64,000 nucleotides of DNA from Candidatus Shapirobacteria bacterium. GTDB taxonomy: Bacteria; Patescibacteriota; Microgenomatia; 0-14-0-10-38-17. Both the position numbers and the translations under genes were made by a program. Location: contig JAGPNC010000001.1 of NCBI GenBank assembly GCA_018052565.1, forward strand, positions 45,512 to 109,511, written 5' to 3'. Shown in pieces: positions 56,333 through 64,000 of this stretch; position 1 is the stretch's first letter, and every line of letters starts with the position of its first letter. The notes under the pieces were generated by a model. It searched no databases. It saw only the letters and a list, made by a program, of their open reading frames with translations, and was not told the DNA's origin.

Positions 56333-57547
56333 TTAGCCAACGATTACCTCTCCTACATTGTTAGGAGTAAAAATTTTCTCCCCTGCTTCTATTACTTCAG
56401 CTAATTTTACCTTTTTTATTTTCTTAACAACACCCTCCGGTTCGACTATTTTTTCCTCCAAAAGAATTTGTTTACCATAAAATAAGGCTTGAGCAAGAGA
56501 ATCTTCCAAAGAAAGCGCTAACTGGCCTTGAAAATAGTTCTTTGCCTTTGCTAACTCCGCCGCCCTAATATTATTAATATCTTTAAGCTCTTTTTTAATT
56601 TTTCCCAACCCTTCTTCTACCTTCTCCCTATTTAAACCCGCGCTTATTAGAAAAACTCCCGTATCTGCTAAAGCTTCCACTTCTGACTTTACCGAATAAG
56701 CTAAACCATCCTCCTCTCTAATCCGCTGAAAAAGACGCGACGACATTCCTTGGCCTAAGATAATATTTAAAAGTGTTTGCGGAAAACGTTGGCGGGAAAA
56801 ATAGGAAAAAGCTCGCCCCCCTAATGACAAATGAGCTTGATCTGTTTTCCTTTTTACCATTTTATTTGCTACTTTTTTAATAGGCAAAACGGGAGCAAAC
56901 TCTTTTGGCTCTCCTGCTTTCATACCGGCAAAGTAATTTTCTACCATTTTCTTAGCTTCATTTTTTAGGAAATTACCGGCTATCACCAAAACGGTTTTAT
57001 CAGCGGTATAAAAGCTCTGCTGAAAATTTAAAAAATCTTCTCGCTTAATCTTTTCTATTGTTCGAGGGGAACCAACACCTGTTTTCCCCAAGGGATGACG
57101 AGGATAAAGCAATTTCATTATCTCCATTTCTGCCTTATATTGAGGCACGTCTTCGTACATATGAAGCTCTTCTAAAATAATCTTTCTCTCAACGGCAAGG
57201 CTTTCTTCCGCTAAAAGAGGCTCCGTCAAAAGTTGTGAAACAATTTCCAAAGATTGTTGAAAGTAAATCGTGGCGCTTTTAACATAATAAAAAGTATATT
57301 CTTGAGCCGTAGCGCCGTTATATTCTGCTCCCATCCTATCAACTGTCAAGGCAAGTTCTTTTTTAGTGGGATATTTTTTAGTCCCCCGAAAAACAAGATG
57401 TTCATAAAAATGAGCCAATCCCTCTGTTTCCGTCCCATCATAACGAGAGCCGGTTTTTACCAATCCTACCACGGAAACACTCGCCAGCTCAGGAAGAGGC
57501 AACAGGACCAGACGCAGTTGATTTTTAAGCTGGTAAATGTTAATCAT
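56333..57547 (-). CDS. M16-family (insulinase/pitrilysin-like) zinc peptidase
   Basis: Inverted zinc motif HxxEH: GLAHFYEHLVFRGT. Confidence 0.8.
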   Translation of the reverse strand: MINIYQLKNQLRLVLLPLPELASVSVVGLVKTGSRYDGTETEGLAHFYEHLVFRGTKKYPTKKELALTVDRMGAEYNGATAQEYTFYYVKSATIYFQQSLEIVSQLLTEPLLAEESLAVERKIILEELHMYEDVPQYKAEMEIMKLLYPRHPLGKTGVGSPRTIEKIKREDFLNFQQSFYTADKTVLVIAGNFLKNEAKKMVENYFAGMKAGEPKEFAPVLPIKKVANKMVKRKTDQAHLSLGGRAFSYFSRQRFPQTLLNIILGQGMSSRLFQRIREEDGLAYSVKSEVEALADTGVFLISAGLNREKVEEGLGKIKKELKDINNIRAAELAKAKNYFQGQLALSLEDSLAQALFYGKQILLEEKIVEPEGVVKKIKKVKLAEVIEAGEKIFTPNNVGEVIVG

Positions 57548-57657
57548 TTTTTTATTTTACCATCATTTTCCTGTTTTTAAACAGAAAACCAAACCATAAT
57601 AAGTATCGGAGCTGGGAATCTGTTATCCTCGCCCCATAAATGTTGTTCACGGCAGAG

Positions 57658-57842
57658 CAAATTATTCTGATTAACCTAATTATTCTGAATAAATCCCAAA
57701 TGCCAATCCGCCAGCTGAGCCCGTACTATTTCGCTACGGGGCTGGCGGATCAGATAATTTTCATTAGTTAATTAATTTTGGAGTTGTGGCTTGGATTTTT
57801 TTAGGTCAATTAGAATAATTTAGAATAATTAGAACAATTTTT
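57658..57842. repeat. Palindromic MITE-like intergenic repeat, copy D, with a central GC hairpin
   Basis: AAATTATTCTGATTAACCTAATTATTCTGAATAAATCCCAAATGCC, then hairpin ATCCGCCAGCTGAGCCCGTAC...GTACGGGGCTGGCGGAT, then GGATTTTTTTAGGTCAATTAGAATAATTTAGAATAATTAGAAC. Confidence 0.7.
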
Positions 57843-57987
57843 TAAATTTTCTCGCGTTTCAAATCTCCGCACCATACGATTGAAACTATTTAAATAGTTA
57901 AATCCGGGGGCGAGAAGATAAATTTCTTGGGGAAAGATAGCATTACCCCTACTCTAACAGATTATTTCCCAATCGTAGGGAAAAAAT

Positions 57988-59310
57988 ATGATAAAATTGA
58001 AAAGCTGTCTTTTTCAATTAAATTTTTTCATGTTCAATCCCTCTGCTTTAAAAATTATTCCCAAGGAAAAAACAGAGATAGTCCTTCCCCGCTACCAAGA
58101 TTACTGTTTCGCCAATCTTCCCTCAACTATCCTTAAATTATTTGGTTGCCAGCACTCTCGTTCTGTTCTCCCCCAGAATACCCTCCCCTATGTCCAAAAA
58201 TATCAATATGTTATTCTTATCCTCATTGACGCTTTTGGCTTTCAAAGCTTAAAAAATCAGCAAGGTCAATTTCGCTTTCTTACCAAAAACGCCATTGTTT
58301 CCCCCCTTACCACTATTTTCCCCAGCACCACCGCGGCCGCTCTCTCCACTCTTCAAACCGGCGTTTTGCCCAAAAAGCATGGTCTTCTTGAGTGGCACCT
58401 TTACCTGCCAGAAGTGGGTCAGGTGATTGAAACTCTTCCCTTTTCTCTTCCATCATCTTCTCAGGATGAACTTCTGGTAAAAGGTTTCTCCCCAAAATTG
58501 CTCTTAGACCAAAAAACCATTTTCCAAATTCTTTCTCAAGAAAGAGGCGTGCATTCCTTTACCTTTATAAAAAGAGAGTATGCTCATAGCGCTTATAGCA
58601 AAATATCCCAGAAAGGAGCCAAAAACATCGCCTATCAGGGGTTAACGGACCTTTTCGTTAATCTTAAAAATGCCTTCCAGTACCAAACCAAGAAATCTTC
58701 TCCTACCTATTTCTATGCTTATATTGATTCTCTGGATTCTCTGGGTCACCAGTATGGTCCCCAAAGTGAAGCTTATCAGGAAGAGGTCAAAAGAATCGCC
58801 TGGTCTTTAAAAAACATCTTTTTAGCAAATCTCTCTCCTCAAGAAAGGAAAAAAGCACTTCTTATTATCACTGCCGATCATGGCCAAATAGCGATCGACC
58901 CCCAGCAAAATTTTTCCCTCAATCGTTTTTTAAAACTTAAAAAAAATCTAAAAACCAATCCTGCGGGGGAGAAAATTCTTGCTACTGGAGGACGACGAGA
59001 CATCTTTCTTCATGTTAAAAAAGAAGAGGCCCCCTCCACCCTCCTCTACCTACAAAAAAAATTAAGCGAGACAGCGTGGGTTTATTCTCTAAAAAAAGCT
59101 CAAGAAATTGGTCTTTTTGGGCCAGGAAAAGCCTCCAAAAGATTCCAACAACGCGCCGGTGATATTCTCATTCTTCCCCGTGGCAAAGCTATTTTTTGGC
59201 TGGAGAAACAAAGAAGAAAAAAACCGCCAAAATTAGGTCATCATGGCGGCCTCTCCCCCGAGGAAATGCTTATCCCCTTAATCGTGGCCGACCTTTCACA
59301 TCTTTCGTAA
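57988..59310 (+). CDS. Alkaline-phosphatase-superfamily phosphodiesterase/nucleotide pyrophosphatase-like enzyme
   Basis: N-terminal metal site VILILIDAFGFQ. C-terminal LIITADHGQ. Both are typical of PF01663-type enzymes. Confidence 0.6.
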   Translation: MIKLKSCLFQLNFFMFNPSALKIIPKEKTEIVLPRYQDYCFANLPSTILKLFGCQHSRSVLPQNTLPYVQKYQYVILILIDAFGFQSLKNQQGQFRFLTKNAIVSPLTTIFPSTTAAALSTLQTGVLPKKHGLLEWHLYLPEVGQVIETLPFSLPSSSQDELLVKGFSPKLLLDQKTIFQILSQERGVHSFTFIKREYAHSAYSKISQKGAKNIAYQGLTDLFVNLKNAFQYQTKKSSPTYFYAYIDSLDSLGHQYGPQSEAYQEEVKRIAWSLKNIFLANLSPQERKKALLIITADHGQIAIDPQQNFSLNRFLKLKKNLKTNPAGEKILATGGRRDIFLHVKKEEAPSTLLYLQKKLSETAWVYSLKKAQEIGLFGPGKASKRFQQRAGDILILPRGKAIFWLEKQRRKKPPKLGHHGGLSPEEMLIPLIVADLSHLS

Positions 59311-61047
59311 AACTTCAATCCCCAAAAGACCCAATCCTTCTTCTAAAATTTTTACCGTTAAAGCAGTTAAACCCAGACGAAGGTTCTCTCTTTCTTCGCT
59401 TTCTCCCAAGATTCGGTCTTGATTATAAAAATAATTATACTTTTGGGCTAATTGGTATAAAAAATCAGCCACGAGGTTTGGCGAAAATTTCTTCGCCGCT
59501 TCAAAAATTACTTCATCCCAATGGCAGGAAAACCTAATAATTGCTAATTCTTCTTCATTTAGGCTAATTTCCGGCAATTTTTTAAAATTTTTCTTTCCGC
59601 TTCTCTTGAGAACAGAAAAACATCGCGCCGCTGTATACTGAAGATAAGGGCCGGAATTTCCTGTCAAGGTCAGCATTTTCTCCCAATTAAAAACAACATC
59701 TCTACGAGGATTCTGCTTTAAGTCATTATATTTAACTGCTCCTATGCCAATGGCCTGAACTGCTCTTTTCTGGTCTTTTGGAGAAAGAGTTTTCACTATT
59801 CCTGCTTCTTGGGTTAATTTCTCTGCCTTTCTAATTGCTTCCTTCAAAACTTCTTCTAAATAAATTGTCTTGCCGCGCCGGGTAGAGAATTTGCCCTCTA
59901 TCCCTAAAATCATTCCATGAGACACGTGAACCACATTTTCTACTGAGCAATATCCTAAAAGCGAGGCCACCGAAAAAAGTTGCTGAAAATAAAAAGTTTG
60001 GTCTACTCCCACCTCATAGATAATTAGGTAGGGTTGCCAGCGCTTCTGCCGATATTTAATCGTGGCTAAATCGCGCAAAAGATAGGTCGTCGCCCCATCT
60101 GATTTAACAAGCATCGCCGGTGTTTCCTGGCGGGGAAGAAAAATTACCTTTGCTCCCTGACTCTCGCGAAGCAGCCCCTTTTTCTGAGCATCTGAAATTA
60201 CTGTCTTCATTTTATCTTGGTAAAAGCTTTCCCCCAAAGAAACATCAAAAGAAACTCCCAACATTTTATAAATCCGATCAAACTCTCTCGTTGATACATC
60301 CACAATTGCCTGCCAAATTACCCTTGCTTCCGGATCGCCCGCCTCAAGCTTTTTAAACCATTTTCTTGCCTCTTTTTTAAGACTTGGCTTTTTTTCTGCT
60401 TCCTGATGAAAAGCAACATAAAGCTTTTCTAGGTCGCTAATGGTTAGATTTTTTAAAGTTTCTTCTCCGCCCTTTTCCTTCCGACGCTTAACGCAGCCCT
60501 GAGGCAAGTCTTGCCGTTTAACCTGGAAAAGTAGCACTCCAAATTGCGTTCCCCAATCCCCTAAGTGATTATCGCCAATCACCTGATAGCCCAAAAAATA
60601 ATAAAGATTATAAAGCGCTTGACCAATAATCGTCGATCGTAAATGCCCTACACCAAAGGGTTTGGCAATATTAGGCGAAGAATAGTCAATAATCACTATT
60701 TTCCCTTTCCCTATTTTAGAAATTGGCCTTTTTTCTAAAGAAATAATTTCCTCGTTTGCCTTCAAAAGAAAATCTGGTTTTAAATAAAAATTAATAAAGC
60801 CGGGAGAGACAACCTTAATTTCCTCAACAAACGATAAGGGTGCCAAGAGATTAATTTTTTCCTTAAATTCCCGGGCAAAACGAAGGGGATTTTTGCCTAA
60901 TTTCTTTCCGGCCACCATTGCCACGTTGGTAGCATAATCACCATGGGAAGAAAGCTGGGGCGCCTCTAGGGAGAAATTGACTTCTGATATGCCAATAGAG
61001 GCTAATGTTTTCCTAATTGCGCTGGCTAATTTTTCTCGCGCTTCCAT
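59296..61047 (-). CDS. argS: Arginyl-tRNA synthetase
   Basis: N-terminal Arg-add domain. HIGH-like PNIAKPFGVGHLRSTIIG. DALR anticodon-binding C-terminus. Confidence 0.9.
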   Translation of the reverse strand: MEAREKLASAIRKTLASIGISEVNFSLEAPQLSSHGDYATNVAMVAGKKLGKNPLRFAREFKEKINLLAPLSFVEEIKVVSPGFINFYLKPDFLLKANEEIISLEKRPISKIGKGKIVIIDYSSPNIAKPFGVGHLRSTIIGQALYNLYYFLGYQVIGDNHLGDWGTQFGVLLFQVKRQDLPQGCVKRRKEKGGEETLKNLTISDLEKLYVAFHQEAEKKPSLKKEARKWFKKLEAGDPEARVIWQAIVDVSTREFDRIYKMLGVSFDVSLGESFYQDKMKTVISDAQKKGLLRESQGAKVIFLPRQETPAMLVKSDGATTYLLRDLATIKYRQKRWQPYLIIYEVGVDQTFYFQQLFSVASLLGYCSVENVVHVSHGMILGIEGKFSTRRGKTIYLEEVLKEAIRKAEKLTQEAGIVKTLSPKDQKRAVQAIGIGAVKYNDLKQNPRRDVVFNWEKMLTLTGNSGPYLQYTAARCFSVLKRSGKKNFKKLPEISLNEEELAIIRFSCHWDEVIFEAAKKFSPNLVADFLYQLAQKYNYFYNQDRILGESEERENLRLGLTALTVKILEEGLGLLGIEVLRKM

Positions 61048-61318
61048 AACGAAAATATTTTAAATTACTAATCTGTTAATTAAATTGTTATCGGTAACTC
61101 AATCGTCATCCTGATGAAAATTAGGACCTGTCTTTGAGTGCTTCTGTCATTCTAACAGAAGTTAGAATCTATTTTCCTATTGACCTTAAACAGGTTCCGA
61201 ATCCTGCCCCGCACTGCACCATGCGTTACGGGGCCCCGCCGGCAGGTGTAGGTGAACTCAAAATGACGAAATACGAATCATTTATCTATGACTCTTGCAG
61301 TTTTTATACTTAATACCT

Positions 61319-61441
61319 AGTGGCTGGGACATAATTCTTTTTTTGTCATTCTGAAGGAGCGTGAGCGACTGAAGAATCTCATACAAGAGGATTCTCCCCC
61401 CGCCCAAGGCGGGCCCAGAATGACGTTTATGTTCCAGCCTC
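61319..61441. mobile_element. Small TIR element (MITE-like), copy 2, with about 10-bp target-site duplication
   Basis: TIRs AGTGGCTGGGACATAAT and TTTATGTTCCAGCCTC. Flanked by direct repeats (C)TTAATACCTA. Interior carries the inverted repeat GTCATTCTG...CAGAATGAC and a CCCGCCCAAGGCGGG hairpin. Confidence 0.6.
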
Positions 61442-61484
61442 TTAATACCTAATACATAATACTAAATACATCTCTATTCTACTA

Positions 61485-62405
61485 CTACTCTTCTACCCAC
61501 CAGCGCCGGCCGTCGCTGACCACCACCACATCACCATCTTGATCGGTCCGCTTTATCAACAGACCTTCTTTTTTAAGCTGCTCTCTTAGAATCTGATGAG
61601 GATGCCCCCAGGGATTTTTCCCTACGGAAATAATCGCTAGAAGAGGTTGCGCCATTCCTAAAAACTCGTCCGTAAAAGCATATTTTGAACCATGATGAGC
61701 TACTTTTAAAACTTCAGCCGGCGAAAAAGAAGTTGTGGCCAAAATTTCCGGCTGAATCCGGCTGTCAGCATCGCCGGTCAAAAGCAAATCAAATTTACCA
61801 AAAGAAATCCTAGCCACTAAAGAAAAATCATTTAAGGAAGCGTCTGGGGCTAAGACTTGATCTACTAAGATATCCCCTGATCGATAAAGATCGGTTTTCA
61901 CAACACTGATGGCTGATAGTTTTTCAAAGAACCAATCTTTTTGGGGCCAAAGAAATAAAAAATTTATCCCATCGAGGGAAATTTTATCCCCCTGCCAAGG
62001 AATTATTAATTTTGTCTTGCCCCTACTAACTAAATCCGATAGTTGACTAAATAATTTGTTTTCTCTTACTAAAGGGCTTTTAACAAAATAGCTTGCTCGG
62101 TATCTTTCTATAACCGAAGCAAGGCCACCAAAATGATCTTTTTCCGGATGAGTTAAAATTACCATTTCCAAGCGACGGTCCCAAAAGGGCATGTATTTGC
62201 CCAGACAAGTTAAAACTGCTTCATTCTCTCCACCATCTACGAGAATCTGGCTTTCCCCTCGCGTTAATAAAATCGCATCACCCTGTCCTACATTACAAAA
62301 AATTACCCGTAAATTATCATCCGGCTGCTGCCAAAGAAAAAGAAAAACTACTCCAAAAATAATTAGCGCTAAGGTAGGCAATAATTTCCGTGGTGTTAGT
62401 TCCAT
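61485..62405 (-). CDS. comEC: ComEC/Rec2 C-terminal metallo-beta-lactamase domain protein, separate ORF with its own signal anchor
   Basis: MBL motifs VIFCNVGQGDAILL, HPEKDHFGG, VAHHGSKYA. Start reset to the ATG at 62405 (MELTPRK... then a TM). The 39 codons upstream in the track ORF run through a repeat element. Confidence 0.7.
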   Translation of the reverse strand: MELTPRKLLPTLALIIFGVVFLFLWQQPDDNLRVIFCNVGQGDAILLTRGESQILVDGGENEAVLTCLGKYMPFWDRRLEMVILTHPEKDHFGGLASVIERYRASYFVKSPLVRENKLFSQLSDLVSRGKTKLIIPWQGDKISLDGINFLFLWPQKDWFFEKLSAISVVKTDLYRSGDILVDQVLAPDASLNDFSLVARISFGKFDLLLTGDADSRIQPEILATTSFSPAEVLKVAHHGSKYAFTDEFLGMAQPLLAIISVGKNPWGHPHQILREQLKKEGLLIKRTDQDGDVVVVSDGRRWWVEE

Positions 62406-62420
62406 ATTCTTTATATTTTT

Positions 62421-62714
62421 AGTGACTGGGGCATAATTCGTTATCATAACCCCGCCGGTAGCGGGGTAAATTATTCTAATTATTCTAATTAACCGAATTT
62501 CTAAATAAATCCCAAATACCAAACCCCAACCCGCCCGGGGCGGATTATTTTTAGTTGATTCTAATTTTGGGAATTGGGATTTGGGTGTTCTTTAGGTCAA
62601 TTAGAATAATTAGAGCAATTAGAATAATTTTTAACCTTTTTTGACCCTAAATTTAATTTAGGATAACGTTGAATTAAATTTACAATGGCATTGGGAATTA
62701 TGTTCCAGCCACTT
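62421..62714. mobile_element. Composite TIR element, copy 3, carrying a nested palindromic MITE-like repeat, with about 10-bp TSD
   Basis: TIRs AGTGACTGGGGCATAAT and ATTATGTTCCAGCCACT. Flanked by direct repeats TTATATTTTT. Interior carries the hairpin CCCCGCCGGTAGCGGGG and the 170-bp palindromic repeat at 62468-62636. Confidence 0.6.
62468..62636. repeat. Palindromic MITE-like intergenic repeat, copy E (nested in TIR element copy 3, between the comEC halves)
   Basis: AAATTATTCTAATTATTCTAATTAACCGAATTTCTAAATAAATCCCAAATACC...CCCGCCCGGGGCGG...GGGTGTTCTTTAGGTCAATTAGAATAATTAGAGCAATTAGAATAATTTTTAACC. Confidence 0.7.
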
Positions 62715-62721
62715 TATATTT

Positions 62722-63954
62722 TTAATACCAAATTTTTGGCCTTTTAAAAATCACCGTTGCCCAAAAACCAAAATAACCTATCAATAGCCACCAGGGCAGG
62801 GAAAAAGAAAAGAAAGGCAAAATATGACCCCAAAAGCTAACTCCCTCCACAAAAATCTTACTTGGCAAAAAAACAAGCCAAGAAAAAGGTTGAGCCAAAA
62901 ATGGCAAAAAGGGGCCAATAATTATCAAAATCATCCCCAAAAGCATAATCGGCGAAATAAGCCAAAGCAGAGTGGCGTTGGCTAAAAAAGAAAACGGCGA
63001 AAACTGGCCAAAAGAAATTAGCAAAAGCGGGGTGGTAAAAATCTGCGCCGCTAAAGTGGTCAATAAATCATCTTTAAAAGAACCAAAAGTCGGCAACCAA
63101 GAGAAAAAATTTCCCAAACGGTTTTTAAAAAAAATAATGCCGGCGCTGGAAGCAAAAGAAAGTTGAAAGCCAAGGTCAAAGATCATCCCCGGATCAAATA
63201 GGGCCAGCAAAACTCCTGCCAAAGCCAAGCCGCGCCAGCTTTCCTTCTGGCGGCCGAAAAAAGTGCCACCAATAGAAAAGCTAGCCATTATCGCCGCCCG
63301 AAGTAAAGGAGGTTCTGCTCCACACAGGAAAACATAAAACCAAATTGCTGGCAGGGTTAAAAGAAGGGCCCGGCGACGATTAAAAAATCGGTTCAGAAGA
63401 GGCAAAACAAATGAACTTACCAAAACGACATTTGTCCCCGAGGCAACCACCACATGAAGCATCCCCGTTTTAACTAAATTTTGATAAAAGTCTGAGGGGA
63501 GGGTGCTTTTAACCCCCAAAAGCACCCCTGACACTAGGGAGGCTGTTGGCTCCGGCAAAAGGCTTTCAAAAAAAAGCACCACTTTTTGCCGAAGGGAAAA
63601 AATAGTTCGGCCAAAGCCCCTCGCCGCTGAAGGGTTCAGTAAATTGACCGAGGGATAGTTCAACCAAAGTTCTTTCTTGCCATCTTTTGTCAGCGATTGC
63701 TCTACTTTGCCGACAATCTCTACCCGATCCCCATAATGAAGAACTGGCTCTCTTGCTGTTTTAACCTTAAGCCCTTCAAGACTGAATGTCTGAGTCTGGC
63801 TAAAGGATTGCGGTTCTTTTTTTAAAACACCCTCAATTTTTACTTCCTGCCCTATTAATTCTTCTCTTGGGAAAGAAGTTGTTTTCTGCCAGCGGTAAAA
63901 CCAAAGACTGCCTAACGCGAAAAGAAAAAAAAGATAAGAGAAAAACCTTTTCAC
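62722..63954 (-). CDS. comEC: ComEC/Rec2 N-terminal part (OB/DUF4131 plus polytopic competence channel domain)
   Basis: N-terminal TM plus OB-like region. Competence-domain signature GVLLGVKSTLPSDFYQNLVKTGMLHVVVASGTNV. Many TM segments. No MBL domain in this ORF. Confidence 0.7.
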   Translation of the reverse strand: MKRFFSYLFFLFALGSLWFYRWQKTTSFPREELIGQEVKIEGVLKKEPQSFSQTQTFSLEGLKVKTAREPVLHYGDRVEIVGKVEQSLTKDGKKELWLNYPSVNLLNPSAARGFGRTIFSLRQKVVLFFESLLPEPTASLVSGVLLGVKSTLPSDFYQNLVKTGMLHVVVASGTNVVLVSSFVLPLLNRFFNRRRALLLTLPAIWFYVFLCGAEPPLLRAAIMASFSIGGTFFGRQKESWRGLALAGVLLALFDPGMIFDLGFQLSFASSAGIIFFKNRLGNFFSWLPTFGSFKDDLLTTLAAQIFTTPLLLISFGQFSPFSFLANATLLWLISPIMLLGMILIIIGPFLPFLAQPFSWLVFLPSKIFVEGVSFWGHILPFFSFSLPWWLLIGYFGFWATVIFKRPKIWY

Positions 63955-64000
63955 TTTTAATTAACACTAATCAGATCTTTTATTTTTTCAAAAGTTTTTT

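Noticed and set aside
62406-62522. 39-codon N-terminal extension of the ComEC MBL ORF (MVFGIYLEIRLIRIIRII...)
   Set aside because: It is encoded by the TIR/MITE repeat sequence and is low-complexity. The internal ATG at 62405 is followed by a proper signal anchor.
1-64000. CRISPR array, rRNA genes, large IS/transposase or integrase ORFs
   Set aside because: There are no regularly spaced direct repeats with unique spacers. There are no rRNA-like conserved segments. No transposase or integrase ORF other than the XerC/D-family recombinase is present. The mobile signatures in the window are non-autonomous.

Overview
This 64 kb window looks like a compact, housekeeping-dense bacterial chromosome segment of roughly 40-45% GC. 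The gene content and style suggest a small-genome, CPR/Patescibacteria-like organism. Signs of this are a type IV pilus/T2SS ATPase, ComEC split into two ORFs, a cohesin/dockerin pair, short core proteins and weak Shine-Dalgarno sequences. No database search was possible, so every call rests on motif recognition in the translations. Core genes identified are pilB, a short holB-like gene, gyrB, ppdK, gyrA, xerC/D, yebC, an rluA-family gene, cysS, dnaX-ybaB-recR, ybeY, yqeY, rpsU, rseP, frr, tsf, rpsB, folD-glyA-thyX, a DUF1846 gene, topA-dprA, mrdA-mreD-mreC-mreB, def-fmt, a dacA-like gene, rpmB, an M50 protease, a tRNA/rpmG/secE/nusG/rplKA/rplJL cluster in a non-canonical order, a second mreB, a PEGA protein, ndk, an M16 peptidase, an AlkP-family enzyme and argS. 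The track missed two genes under 60 aa, rpmG (57 aa) and secE (59 aa). Six tRNAs were found: Ala-GGC, Thr-TGT, Thr-GGT, Trp-CCA, Pro-CGG and an odd Arg-CCT. The most interesting accessory content is as follows. (1) There are two AT-rich islands next to tRNA genes. One carries an HTH-fused beta-class DNA methyltransferase plus an uncharacterised 374-aa partner, which is a candidate R-M or defence pair. The other carries a 377-aa HEXXH zincin flanked by inverted repeats and an anomalous 75%-GC block. (2) There is a family of small TIR elements, with TIR GTGGCTGGGACATAAT, that have clean 9-11 bp target-site duplications in three copies. A second ~160-190 bp palindromic MITE-like family has five copies, one nested inside a TIR element and separating the two halves of comEC. 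(3) Oligo-A/T-tract palindromes and GC-rich hairpin modules are pervasive in at least 13 intergenic regions. (4) A cohesin-like LPXTG protein and an FN3-dockerin protein occupy the slot where rplJ-rplL normally sit. (5) YbeY shows a degenerate catalytic His motif.
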